Shown here piece after piece: positions 15,850 to 29,861 of a stretch of 64,000 nucleotides of DNA. Both the position numbers and the translations under genes were made by a program. Source of the DNA: Chrysomallon squamiferum (taxonomy: Eukaryota; Animalia; Mollusca). The stretch lies in the NCBI GenBank assembly GCA_012295275.1, contig CM022671.1:23188001-23252000 (forward strand), given 5' to 3'. Every line of letters begins with the position of its first letter. Position 1 is the stretch's first letter. The notes beneath the pieces were generated by a model. That model was not told the origin of the DNA. It did not search any database and saw nothing but the letters and a program-made list of their open reading frames with translations.

Positions 15850-16560
15850 GATACAATACATATCATTTCTACTGTCGATCATAACAGGCGAACAACACGT
15901 GGTGCAATACCGTTCACATCGCCCTTGGTGGTCACGTCACGTGGATTCTGTCCCACAATGCACCGCGCCTCTCCGTATCTGTCTCCGGTATGTGTCATCT
16001 CCAGACAGCGAGAAAAGAGCAGCTTTATTTAGGCGCTGCGATAGTAAATATCGAAAAACTCGTTGCATAACATTTATATAGAGCTGCAGAAAAAACCCAG
16101 TCCGTCGATAAACCAGCGATTATTCCTCCTTAATCCTTTAACCCTTTGGCGGATTACCGTGTGGCCCGGTGTTAGCGCGTAGACTGTCACAAGCGTCGCT
16201 GTTTATGTAACAGTTAAAGAAGCGGCGGAGCGCGAAACGCGCGGTGTATGCGCGGTGTCTGCGCTCAGAAAGAGGTCATCAATCAGGAAAAAGCGAGGAG
16301 GGTTTTGAGATAGGTGGTCAGTGGGTAATGGCAGTTTAATTGAGGTGGAATCCTAATGACGCTGTAATTGCCGGTTTCTAATCGATTACAACCTCCAAGC
16401 ATTAGCCAGCCCGTCCCAAAGAACAGTCCAGTGTCGTACTGTCGTCGTCAAAGATTAGGATTTGTCGAAATCTCTTTCCATATTCGTGTTAATAGTCTAA
16501 CAAATACAGTTTTTTGAAAGTAATATATGCTGAGATCGACTTGAAATACCGACTCTCCTT
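15850..16560. promoter_or_regulatory. Candidate enhancer with homeodomain-site cluster
   Basis: GC/CpG-rich island; clustered TAAT cores including palindromic TAATCGATTA (16379); CACGTG E-boxes. Confidence 0.45.
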
Positions 16561-16951
16561 CATATATATATGAACAGATATATATATATATTTAGCCAAG
16601 TTTGAGTATCATAAAGATTAATATGGCTTAACCAGTAAAAGGTTGAAGGACGCCCTTTCTGGGCATCGTGTATCTCTTTCGTAAAGCCAGTAAATTTTAC
16701 CATTGTGGAAAGAAAAAGACATGACATGTACCATGTAAATTAATAGTTGAGTTTGTGGGACAGAACATTTATCATTAAGGCTTGGTCTATAAATATTTAA
16801 ATGCTATTCTAAGTCTCTTTATAATCATTCTTAATCTTTCTTGAGCTAACAGGAAAAAATATATATATAATAAATGTCTTATTATGTAAAGAAAATCGAT
16901 AGAAAAGGAGAGTGAAAGATAGAATGGAGATATACGTATATATACATTTAT

Positions 16952-16955
<4 letters not shown>

Positions 16956-17027
<72 letters not shown>
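16956..17027. repeat. (GA)n microsatellite
   Basis: Directly visible. Confidence 0.97.
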
Positions 17028-17031
<4 letters not shown>

Positions 17032-17310
17032 CAGTCGCGGAGATACAATACAAACGAGACATAAGTTATAAGCTAACAGAAACAAGCGATAAAAACAAGT
17101 CTGTGATAATGAGGAAATTATGCGATTGTGATTTCGTTCAGTTGCGATAAGTCTGGTAGGAGACAACATTACACTGCAATAGTGTCTCCGCTCTGTGCTC
17201 TTACATATCAGAACCACATGTAGAATTCATCCTGACACATACTTTCGCACATACCTTGCACGTTCTTGTAACTCGTCGTTAATCAGTGTTTGTATTTGCC
17301 ACTGTCACGA

Positions 17311-17480
17311 GAAGGAAGGAAGAAACATTTTATTTAATGATGCACTCAACCAATTTTTAATCTACAGGTTTTTAGCGTCATGCAAGTCGTTAAAGACGAT
17401 TCGCAACCATAAAGCGACGGCTTTCTAAATGAAATAATGATCTTCTATGGACCTCTTTGCATCTTATGACATAATCAAGA
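17311..17480 (-). mobile_element. Decayed fragment of an interspersed (SINE-like) repeat, 3' tail
   Basis: GAAGGAAGGAAGAAACATTTTATTTAATGATGCACTCAAC...TAGCGTC resembles an abundant gastropod repeat end I recall (…GAAATGTTTTATTTAACGACGCACTCAACAC…) with CpG decay. From memory, not a database search. Confidence 0.45.
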
Positions 17481-17651
17481 GGCACCGAATGCTGATCATG
17501 AAACTTTATGACTTTACTGCCATTTGTTCTTTAATCTTTATACTATAACAAAATCTTAAAGCTTTTTCATGAATTAACTTTTCCCCATATTTTACTTTCT
17601 AAGATTAATTTTGTTATTGTTATTATATTTATGATGATGATGATAATATTT

Positions 17652-17682
<31 letters not shown>

Positions 17683-19290
17683 TAATAAAAATAATAATAA
17701 TAATAATAATATGAATGAGAAAAGCAAAACGAAACAAAACAGACTAAAATAAAAACTACGACGACAATAACAAATACTAAATTTTCATCACACACACACA
17801 CACAAATATCAAATATGACGTGTATATGTGTGTGTGTGTATATATATATATATTAAAAATGCATTCATTCAGTAACAACGATCTGCAACAGACGGCCTGC
17901 ACCAGAAAGAAAGAAAGAAAGAAAGAAGAAAAAAAAAAAACGACAACAAACTTGAAAGTTCCGGGTTTCAGGTTCAAAATACTGCAGACAACATGTGGCA
18001 GCGAGTATTTAGTAACCGATATGACAAGGTTATCCCACTAGACTGAAAACCGATATGAAATGTGATAGAGACGTCGTAACACTCGCAGATAGGACATTCC
18101 TGTTCGCACATTCGATACAACTGTTATGTTTACGTTTATAACTCGACCGCGCCAGTTGTCAGTGGCCGGGGATCCGCTGGGAGGAGAGGGGGGCACAGGG
18201 CAGGAATGCGAACACGCCAGCGAGTCGATGTCTTTAAAATGTTTTCGCTGACCGTGACAAATCACCTAATGAAAATCCGATTTGTCCTTGTTTTGTAGGG
18301 ACAGATTGGGGTGTGTACGGGTCAGAGTGTTCTGAACTCGGTTCTCTTAGATCCGCTGGTAATTTGTAACTGCATCTTTTATTTTTTTTTATGTGTAATG
18401 TTCTCACATTAACATTAACGGTTAATTTGACGTTATCGACTTCACTGTGGAAATAACATCGTCCCCAATGCTCATTATCATTATTGCGATATCTTTGTTA
18501 CCTATTTGTTTGTTTTTTCTGACAAAGTTACCACCACAAAAACATCGTCATAACTGTCGTTGCATCGTCGTCGTTGTCATCGTCATCATCATCATCATCT
18601 TCTTCCCACTCGTAACCTATGTTATTGTTTATGAACATCCTTTCCAAACGCCCCGTAGCCTCTACCTTTTGTTTTATCTAGTGTATCATCAAACACTAAT
18701 TCATTATCTTCATTATCCCAGTCATTGTAGTCGTAATTATCGTCGCATCATCGTTCTCAAACACTACAGCAGCATCGACAACGTCATTGTTATTCTTCCG
18801 ATCATCCACTCAGTCTCCTAGAGAAACAAATTCTTCAACCACGCTCTTCGGAAGTCTTTGTTTGTTATTTTTAGGAAGTGAAAGCTTAATGTGTTAACAA
18901 GTATAGACTGAAAAAAAATAAAAAAAATAAAAAAATTAGAAATCCTCGTCGCGAAGAAAAACAAAACGTAGTTCATATTTCTTGAGCACAAGGAATATTG
19001 TTCAGTCTTAGAAAGGTTTCTTAAAGACACGAAGATAAAGTCTTATTGTTATCTGGTGAGTAAAAAGTATGCAAAGACTAAGAATACAGATTACCAAAAA
19101 AAAAAAATTATAAGTCATCACTTTCATTTTTCTACAAGATAGTTAAGTTGGTGTGTTTTCCTGCTGTTGTGTTATTGCAGTGTACACGCCGATGTTAATA
19201 TAAACCATTGTACTGGTTTCCAAGCTTTTTAAAGTTTAGGTAAACAATGTCAAAACGGTCTTCATTGTTCTTAAATCTTTTTATGGGATA

Positions 19291-19430
19291 GAAAGGAAAG
19301 AGAAAAAATAATGTTTGTTTAACGACGTTGGGTCTTACAATACGATATTGTTATGGTGTCTGGTTTAGGCAACAGTGACGAAACCATTAGCCTGTATGTG
19401 GAATGTTACTTAATATAGCCTCAAAATAAT
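19291..19430 (-). mobile_element. Possible second decayed SINE-like tail
   Basis: Purine tract then ATGTTTGTTTAACGAC...TTATGGTGTC, similar layout to the 17311 fragment. Confidence 0.3.
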
Positions 19431-22400
19431 GGCATAAATAGAAAATAATTAAGATTTATATTTGTATGTGTATATGTATGTATGTATATATGTGTGTGTG
19501 TGTGTGTGTGTATGTATGTGTATGTATGTATGTATGTATGTATGTATGTATGTATGTATGAATGTATGTATGTGTGTGTGTGTGTGTGATGCGTGTGCAC
19601 GTGTAAACATGTCTACGCCAGTATGATTTTTCAAGTTTTATTGTTTAAAAACACTATTGTTAAAAAGCTTGCATCATCTTCTACCACACATGAACCCATA
19701 TATATTTTCAACAACCATTGCATTTCAATTGCTTTTTGTAACAGTTTTCAAAAGCCTGTCATTTATATGTACACAATGTAGATATTTACGATAACACCAT
19801 TATTTTTATTTCCACATTGTATGTTTGTCTATCGGTCCTTAGCAAATCAGTTTGTTGGCATAACACACCATAACAAAAGACACATGTTGAGAAAGATACA
19901 TGACAACCAAGAGAAGTTTTCTCACACCAATTATCACAGAGTAAGTGCGTTAGACCCCCGCGAAGTATCTTTGCTTTGTGCATTAATATTTCAAACAAAC
20001 ATGTGTTTGTAGTTTTCGGCACAGGTCGTCTCTTCTACCCCTGCTTGCGCAAAACGATTTCTAATGTGGAACAGTCACCAGAAATAATAAAATGATGAGG
20101 ATGCAGGGACAGTAGGGAGCGTTTGAAACGGGGATATCTTACAAGTTAATCATTATAATGTTGTGTTGGTGTTGTTTTTTTTGTTGGGTTTTGGGTTGTT
20201 TTTTTTGTCCTAATTAAAAGAGTTTTTTTGATTAGAATGTAAGATGATTACGGTGGAATTTCTTGCTCATGATACGGATCAGGTTGGTTTTTTTTTTTTT
20301 TTTTTTTTTTTTACCTCACCCTGCTTGCCGCATTAGAAAGTCTGTGCTTGAAGGATCTTAGTGCTTTGAGAGAACGAAGAAGCCAGAACAGACAGGAAAG
20401 ACTCAGACGGAGTATGATAAAGTGAGCGAAAGTGAAAGAATCAGTAAGAGAAAACGTGATACACAGGGAGAGAAGAAAACGTAGAAGAAATAATAATAGT
20501 AGTAGCAGCAGCAGTAATAATAGTAGTAGTCGTAGTGGTAGAAGTAGCAGAAGTTGTAGTTGTAGAAGTAGTAATAGCGGTTATGGTTAAATAGTGTAAA
20601 TGGTAAAACAGTTAAACATTAGTGATGGTAGCGATAGAGAAGGTGGTGGTGGTAATGTTGTTGGTAATAGTAGCAGCAATACTAGTTGTTATAATAAACA
20701 GAAGAAGTACTGGTAATAGTAGTTGAAAAAGCATAGAAACAACCTCAAAAAAAAAAAAAAAAAAAAAAATCTATCTTCCATCTCAAAAAATAGCAAAACG
20801 TTTTGAAATTTTCAGATGGTGACTAACATTGAGGACGTACAAAGGGTTAAAAAGACACACAAACAAAACCGTTCTGCGTGTGTTACGTATTGCTACCTAA
20901 ACAAACACAAATACGTGATATGTGAGACGGGCCTGTCGGAGACCCATCCATCAACACACTGTGAATACTACACCTTTTTTCACGAACAGCAACGTCATTG
21001 GAAAATGTTGATGCGAGGAAACTTCATTGATATCTATCCCAGCCAAATCGTTACAATTAATGTTATACGTTCCTGTCTCATAACACGAGGATCTAATTTA
21101 CAGGTTTGGAAGATGATGGAGTGGTTATTGTGTTGCCGATTAGATTATTTTTCTGTTTGTTTTATCTATCGAGGTGGCCGAGTGAGAAAAAATGGGTATG
21201 TTAAATGTTAGCCTTGTTTACCAAACTGCTGGCATTATCGCTAAAACACTTACAGTTGAAGTTGATTTTGTTTATATGGATGTGACATTTGCTTTTGGTG
21301 GTTTTGTCTCTTATGTGCTTTTATTTGTGCGTTTAGATCTGAGTATGTAGATCCTTCTGTGTTAATCTTTATCACGTTGTTGACGTTGATGTGAATTATT
21401 TTTGAACACATAAATGTGGTTGTTGGTAATATATGACATATGTATAAAAAAAAATGGCTACATAAATTTTTTTTAAAAATCCGTTTGGTGTCAGCTTTTT
21501 ATTTGCTTCAGATATAATAATAACTCAGTAATGAAAGAATTAATGTGAATACTATTTTAGTTCAGATAATAATTTTATCATATTTTTGGCATTTAAATTT
21601 CTGAAGCTGTTTGTTTATGAATTTCGTATACTGCGCTGTTTAGATAACCTTATGATGCAGACGACATTAACTGAACGGTTGCTAAATAAATGACAAAGGT
21701 CACTATTAGGTCATATCATCTTCAGTAGTTTTCCCAGTCGAGGCAGATTCACAGAATTGTCTTTGCTTCATCATACTTATCTGGTTGTCACGACAACGGC
21801 AGAGGTCACGTTGTGAAAAAAAGGACAAATGACCTCACGCAAAGGGGAGGAGCCGCTTTCTGTGGTGTCGCCCGACCCACGCTGGCACGCGCTCCGAGGG
21901 GGTGGACTTCTGGCAGTTAAAAATGACATAACTACTTCAGTGGGAGGGCGGCTGTTTGGAGACATTAGTCAACCTTTCCTGGCAGTTCCCAACCAGGGAG
22001 GATTAGAAGAAAAGGGTAACAGGATTAGGTTTAAAAGATACCCGATCTTGCTCAATGCCACTCGAAGCCTACTTGAATAAAATATGTATTTATAAGAATG
22101 ATCTAAAATCTCTTTGATGAGAAGTGGGTAAACTCATGTCCAACAGAGATTTCGAGTATCAGTATGAATGATACCGTTAATAGAGATATGAACACCTGTA
22201 CATTGTTAGGCGTGACACGTTAAAAAAAAAACAACTAAGTAACTGTTATATTTGCATTTATAATGTTACAGTTATTTCTGGAATTTATGATCGCCAGTGT
22301 CTATCAGTTCTTTTATTCTGGTTTTCACTGACACGTGTAACTTCGGAATTCCGTACTCTACATAACACATTATCTTGCATATTTAGGTCTGCTTGTGTAC

Positions 22401-23559
22401 ATGGACGGATGTATGCGCCGTGTGAATGCATGTATGCATGCATTCAAGTACGGGATGTGGGTATGAATGCGTGTGTATGTGCGTATGAAAACGAAACTTT
22501 ATCAAAACCGTCACGTTCGGCCGGTTTGTACGGTTGTCGTAATTCGTTTACCGCTGATCCACAAAGGAAAATAGTTTGCGCCGACATCTGTTACGTCGTC
22601 GCCCATCACGGTGAGGCTGTCATCGCGGACGTTACCTCTCGTCTGTACGGCGTGAAGTGTTTTATATCAGAGTGCAATTAGCACAGATTAGCGTGCGTAA
22701 CGTTTCATTCATTATCCAGCAAAATGGAGCATGTCATAAACACACACAAACACAAGGAATATTTTATCATCATTTCTGTCTCAAAACAGTTGAAAGTACA
22801 TGATAAATAGAAAATTTAATTGTTGTAACACTTACTGTAATATGGTTATTATGACAGTTTGATATTTTATAATAACCAGTTGATATAAAATCTAAACTGA
22901 TTTCATGAAAAGATGACGTAAAATATAATTCCTAAAAAGATTGAAAATATAGACAGGGGTAGATAGAACTTTATTTAAAAATAAAATAATAATAATAATA
23001 ATAAGTAAAAAATGTATTTGTAGCTATATATCACATTTACTGATATTGATTATCAGATTTGCACTTATATTTATATAATTTTGAATTGTTTTAATTTAGT
23101 GACTGAATTTCTCAAAAAGAAAAACAAACGTAATTAAAAGAAACTTTTATCATCGTGACAAATACGTCAACAAATTTTATTTTTCACGTTTTGTTTTTTC
23201 ATCATTTAAAACGACAGACAGATACACAAATGTGTAACTATATGAAATGACAGAGAAAAACGGAAAGAATGGAGGCATGCATGAATACATGAATAGTTAG
23301 ATAGATATCTTAGAGAATAATATTATTATTCAAAACATAATAAAGATATCTTTAAAAAGTAAAACGTAAAACCACAAGTTTGTATGTTTACTCTCTGTCA
23401 TTAGTTTTCTAAAAAGTAATTTAATAACAAGAATGAACAAGCATTTTTTTTTTTTTAAAGTGGAAGAAAAAATAACCCATTGTACATATGTTTACAATAT
23501 TTTTTTTTTGCGTGTGTATATTTTTCATATTGTTGCTTTCCAGCTGGAAAAGTTACTCT

Positions 23560-23705
<146 letters not shown>

Positions 23706-24057
23706 TTCTGTCTATCTCTGCAATCATCTGTCATAGTACGCGCATTAACAACGACACACCTCGATATCTTACAGCTAAGTATAGCCCCTGATACCAGTCA
23801 TCATAACGCTGATAAAAAAAAAAAAAATGTTCCGCTATGTGAATACAAAAACATTTCACTTCAGACCACGGCTTGTTGTTAAAAAAAAAGAAAAATGTTC
23901 TCGAGATAACAATGCCGTAAATAAAGCGCACAGACGTGCAAAGCAGCGTAGACAGAGATTTCCCGTTACGGGAGAACGACGTTACAAGTCTGAGGACGTA
24001 TCGCTGTGCCACTCTCTCGTGACGGCCACGTCTGCCGAGCGTTACTTTTAGCCGTAC

Positions 24058-25130
24058 AAAAAGAACAAGTATATCCGTGCTATGTAGTGGGTGTTATCAC
24101 CAAAGCAAGATTTCTGTGTGGAACCAATGTATCCATCCATGTTATTATGCAGTGGTTGCGTCCACCATCCTGTAAAGAACAAGTATATATGCGTGCTATG
24201 CAGTGGGTGTTATCACCAAAGCAAGATTTCTGTGTAGAACCAGTGTATCCATCCATGTTATTATGCAGTGGTTGCGTCCACCAAAGTAAGGTTCCTACAA
24301 AGAACAAGTATGTCCGTGCTCTGCAGTGTTTGTTTCCCCCAAAGTAAAGTTCCTATCTAGAACAAATATATCCATGGTATGCAGTGTTTCCACCAAATCC
24401 ACTGTAAAGAACAAGTCTATCCATGTTATGTAGGTTTGTTTCCATCAAAGCAAGATTTCTATATAGAACAAATGTATCAATGATATGCAGTGTTTCTGTC
24501 AAAGTAAGGTTCCAATCAAGAACAAATGTATCCACTTTATGTAGGTTTGTTTCCATCAAAGTAAGATTCCTTCAAGAACAAATGTGTCTATGTTACGCAA
24601 TGTTTCCACCAAAGAAATGTTCTTATAAAGAAAAATGTATCCATGATCTGTAATGTTTCCACCAAAGTAAGGTTCCCGTGAAGAACAAATATATCCATGC
24701 TCTTCAGTATTTGTTTCCATCAACGTAAGATTCCTATAAAGAACAAGTGTATCTATGTTTTGCATTGATTCCCTCAAAGAAATGTGCCTGTAAAGAACAA
24801 ATGTATCTGCGTTCTGCAATGGTTGTTTCCGTCTAAGTAACGCTGCTGTAAAGAACAAGTATGCTTTGGTGTAGTGACTGTTTCCACTAAAGTAACGTCA
24901 AAAAAAAAAAAAAAAGAACACATGTATCTGTATAATCCTTGGATGCAGCTGTTGTTTCATTAAAGTGTGAACATCGTTTTTTTTCACTAAATTAATATTC
25001 TTACAAAGAACAAGAATTTCTCTGTTCATTAAGGATTCAGTGATTGTTTCCACTAAAATATCGTTCATTCATAGAAAGTGTTTTTATTATACAGAGGTTG
25101 TTTCTACTAAAGGAACTTTCGTACAGTGAA
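24058..25130. repeat. Degenerate minisatellite, about 17-18 units of ~50-62 bp
   Basis: Recurrent unit AAAGAACAA(A/G)T(A/G)TATCCATG-TATGCAGTG-TTTCCACCAAAGTAAG-TTCCT; first four units form an AB-AB dimer; decays rightward. Confidence 0.92.
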
Positions 25131-26324
25131 AAATCTATTCATTTTGTGTTATGAAGCAGTGGTTCATTCCATAAAAATATATCAGTTGATGATGTGTTGT
25201 GTTTAAAATATTACAATTTTTTATGAATTTATACTTTCGTTTTTTCTCTACTGCTGCTACTGCTGCTACTACTACTACTACTTCTACTGCTACAACCATC
25301 ATTCCTACTCCTATCAAAACCACTTGCACTACTATTACAACAACAACTTTTACTATTGCAAATGTGGCTAATTTTACTGTTGCTGTTATTACTGCTACTA
25401 CTACCGCTATATGACAAATATTCAGTGTTTTGGGGTGTGTTTTTTTTTCTGGGTGATTGTCGTTGTTGTTCTTCTTCTTTTGTTTCTTCTTCAGATTCAG
25501 ATATTTTATTTTTCTAAATCTTGTTTGAAAACATTGTCAGAAGATATCCCCACGAGATTAGAAACGAGGCAATTTTCAACAACAAGAGGATTGGCTTGTG
25601 TTTCTGTAACTGCTTTTCAGATTTTCATGTTCCACCGGTTATGACTCTTCGGCTCGTGTCGGCAAACTCTCGTAAGGTATCGTTTGCGACGTGATGTGAC
25701 TTTGATTGCTCCCGCGAGAATACGAAATCTGGCAGACGATCATTTATCGTTGAAAAATGTAGCATGGCCGCGATACGTCTGTCGATGTGAAGTAAATAAG
25801 AAAAACGCAAGTTATTCCTTCACAGAGTAGAGAAGCAAGAGAAACATTAAAAATAAAGAAATAGTAAGAATGGCTAGACTTAGGTTTAACCAGAATTTGG
25901 TCTTATTATAATAATATATATTATGCGGGGAAAAAAAAAAAAAAACAAAAAAATAAATAAAAAAAAAAAAAATACACAAATAAACAAACAAACAAACAAA
26001 TAAATAAATAAATGCTCACAATAAAAAGAGAAATACAGTTATAAATAATACTATAATTACCAATCTTGTTCGAAATATAAAACAGTGTTACTTGCATCAG
26101 CAAAATGTCATGCGTATTTCTCCCTTTAAACTGGCTTCTGTAATAATTTGATCTTCCATTTGTTAGATGTAATCGTTTCCTTTTCTTCTTTTTATTATAA
26201 ATTGTGTTTGGGTTTTTTTTTTTCGAGGTATAAAAAGTTAAAAAATAATTTGAATTTTATAATGATTTGGATGTTAGCTTTGAAACTCTATTCATATCAG
26301 CAACAGCATTTATTATTTTCAGGC

Positions 26325-26437
26325 CTGTTAAATATGATATTTCACAGATATAATATTTCACAGATATAATATTTCACATTGTTAAATATAATATTTCACA
26401 GATATAATATTTCACACTGTTAAATATAATATTTCAC
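26325..26437. repeat. Short tandem repeat of 16-bp (GATATAATATTTCACA) and 22-bp (CTGTTAAATATAATATTTCACA) units
   Basis: Six copies of the ATATTTCAC core read directly. Confidence 0.88.
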
Positions 26438-26499
26438 TGAAAATGAATCAAAACATAGAAACTAATATTTTAGTTTCTATGTTTTGATTCATTTTCAGT
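26436..26499. repeat. Perfect inverted repeat, 30-bp arms with 4-nt loop
   Basis: ACTGAAAATGAATCAAAACATAGAAACTAA-tatt-TTAGTTTCTATGTTTTGATTCATTTTCAGT, checked base by base. Confidence 0.95.
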
Positions 26500-28270
26500 T
26501 AACATCTTAAACATACATCAATAAATAAAATGATTTCTAATGATTTTGTTATTTTTTTTGTTATAACAATGATAAGATAACGTACATATTTAATCCAACA
26601 TTAATTAAATAAGAATGATCTTACTGATGTTAGTTCAAGAACATGGATATTATCTCTATAATCCTTTAACAAAATTCTTTACATTTTTTTTTTTTTTAAA
26701 TGAAAAGAAAAAGAAAAAGAATATATATATATATATTACATATAAATTCGAAGTTTATTTCTTTTTTATTATTATTATAATTTTTTTTATTATTATTTTT
26801 TTTTTAAATGTATCGCCATTCACTTTACCACGCTTTTGAAAGTTTCGATCGCGTTTGGAAAACCATCACGTTTTATCCCTCTTTATTTGACGACCATCTT
26901 GCACGCGGATGCCGCGATGCGGACAACAATCGTCAGAAGCAGTGTTTCGTCTCGCCTGGACGAAGCCGCTTCCTTGGCAACCAACCACTAACTGCCAAAC
27001 CGGACAAATATTCCGGATTTATCAAACTTTCTGAAAATCCTGGCTTTCCTGATCTCCGTTGTCTCATTCTCACTCCGGAAATCCAGCACTATGCCTCGAT
27101 CGATGAGAATCCGCTAAAAATTAACGTTTATTGCCTCGGCTGTTCAGCTAGCGATCTGTCGACTTTGTGACTTAGAGCCTCTGTCTGACTGACAAATGGC
27201 TTCACCAAGTACTTGTAGAAAGTCAGAGTGTTACGTTTTCGGGTTTTTCTGTATCTTTATACAGTTGTATATGCTAATAAAGACGTATGGATCTTAACTG
27301 CTGTGGTTCACATTATATAATAAGGTCCATTTGAAAATACGAAAAACAAAATAAATTTTAAAAAAGGAGAGAGTGTGTAGTACTCATTGGCTTTGGTTTT
27401 TTATTTGTTTCTTTGGTGTTTTTTTCGTCACTGGTAAATGATACCTTGGTTTCAGGACTCCGACAATACAAGATATTCATCAGAAAAATGTAATGAGGAA
27501 TCGTCGCATTTCTAACATTCATTCATCCAATTCATTCACTCTGTCAGTCGATTATTAGTCCATTCACTCTCTCATCCATCCCATTCAAACATTCAAGTAC
27601 ATAATTACAGTTCTCTTTATTACTCAGACAACCTCTTTCCTTTTTTTTTTTTTTTTTTTGGTCTGTTTTGTAATTCTATTTCGAAATACAGAAAAAGAAA
27701 ATAGCACCCATTTTGACCATCGTGGGGGCATTTTAAATTATAAATCAGCGTTTCCTCCTCGATGGCCCGTTTGGTTTCATCTGTCAGTCGTGATTCGTCA
27801 AACAGCAAAACGATTCAAGTGAACGTTAACCGAACGACAAAATACCCAACCGGTATCTTCCCCAAGTTATCATTAAATGCCCTTCTCTCGTTGTGAAAAC
27901 CACTAATTTGCTCGCTAACCCCTGGGGCTCAACTGACAAGGTACGCCTCTCTTGCCCCCACAGATGGCTCCGCTGGGTTCCCTAAGCGCATGCAAATCTC
28001 GTGACTTGCTCGAGCAGATGCCTAGGGGGGAGGGTTTGGGAGGGTAGGTCAGAATTATCGCGATGTTGCTGACTTTGACCATTTTTTTCTTTCTTATTAA
28101 CATGCAATTAACCATAATTTGTTTCAACAGTTTTTATATTATTTCTCTGTCTTTCTTTCTGTCTCTCTGAGTATTTCTCTCTCTCGTTCTCTCTCTCTCT
28201 GTCTCTGTTTGTCTGTGGCTCTCTCTTTCCCTCTGTGCTTGTCTAAAAAAACGCAGAAACAACAAAAACC

Positions 28271-28338
<68 letters not shown>

Positions 28339-28444
28339 GTGATGATAATGGTGTTAATGTTGATGATGTTAATAATAATAAGAAGAAGAAGAGGAAGAAG
28401 AAGAACAACAACAAGAACGGCAGCAATACCAATAATAATAATAA

Positions 28445-28484
<40 letters not shown>

Positions 28485-29017
28485 CACCAGTAAAAATGAC
28501 AACTGCAGAAACAGTGTAAATGACGGCAGTTACGACTTCAATGATAACGAGACGACGAAAACAAGAACGTCGTCGATAAACATCACACCATTAAATTATA
28601 TAAATATTGAAAGATAGTTTTATGTTCTGTTATCTTTATAAATAATTCTATTAAATAAACGTTTTTCGAAAATTATTAATAATATAGTATTCACGTTTCA
28701 CATTTTTCAAAACACTGAAATAACACAGATTTGACACTTGGAGTTTGGTTTTGTTTTGAATATGTCATAACTATATTCTTCCCGGCGTCACGTTACAGAC
28801 AAATGTGTATGCAAAAAGACGGAGAATTTTGATTATGTTTTTTATCGATTGTACGAAAACTTAGCAGAAATTATTAATAATTTATGCTAAAAGTAATGAG
28901 TAATTATTGCGCGAAACAAACCGAAAATATCGGTAACAACGCAAAATCAAAAGAGATAGCTTCTTGTTTTTTTTTTTTATATTATATTTCAGTTAGGAAA
29001 ATCTATTTCCTCCTATA

Positions 29018-29057
<40 letters not shown>

Positions 29058-29564
29058 GACATTACTTGTTACAGTACTACTACTTCTACTACTACTACTA
29101 CTACTACTAGTACCTCTAGTACCACCACTACCAAAGAATAACTATTTTATTTTGTCCTTTTTCCATTTTTTTTTTTTTTGCATAACGTGGTTAATTACTT
29201 CTGACCCGTTCTTGACACGGCCCAAGGCTCTTACTAAATATTACTCTTACTAATAAGAATTTATTACTAGTAACCTTTCATTTTATAGTTTGCTTAAAGT
29301 ATTTTGAAGATTTTTTTAATTAACATATGTTAATTGTGATAAATGTGATATACTTCTCGGATGGTTTAGCGCACACAAACATTAATTTCGCGAAACAAAT
29401 TATTAAAACTATTACATATATAAAAAAAAATCAGTCTATCTGCATAATTATAAAATAATTATGTGTTTGGATTTGTCCGTTATCAGGTACAGATTCAGAT
29501 TATTTCGGATGAGTGATCATTTACCTTTCTGTATGTATCTGTACATCTGTGTTACATGCGCATA

Positions 29565-29617
<53 letters not shown>

Positions 29618-29826
29618 AATCGTATAACTTTATTTGCAGGTACTGAATAAGAAGTTATTTATTTTGTAAGCGGAACTATTCTGTATTTACAACGATCGCT
29701 TTCAAAATATTTGAGAATTTTTATTATTTGGTTTTAATTTGTTGGCTTGAAGCAAAGTATTGCGATTAAGATTTTTGCACTTTTAATGTTAAATCCGATC
29801 AATAATTTTTAAACATCTTTGTTTCT

Positions 29827-29861
<35 letters not shown>

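Noticed and set aside
16155-16215. tRNA-Asp-like sequence (TGGCCCGGTGTTAGC...CTGTCAC)
   Set aside because: No pairing anticodon stem, no GTTCRA T-loop and no acceptor stem.
16585-16791. MITE with CCAAG...CTTGG terminal inverted repeats
   Set aside because: Ends match only partially and there is no second full copy in the window.
21170-21200. tRNA A-box-like GGTGGCCGAGTG (SINE head)
   Set aside because: No B-box at the expected spacing.
24058-25130. Regularly spaced repeats as a CRISPR array
   Set aside because: Whole units are homologous with no unique spacers, there are no cas genes, and the context is eukaryotic; it is a minisatellite.
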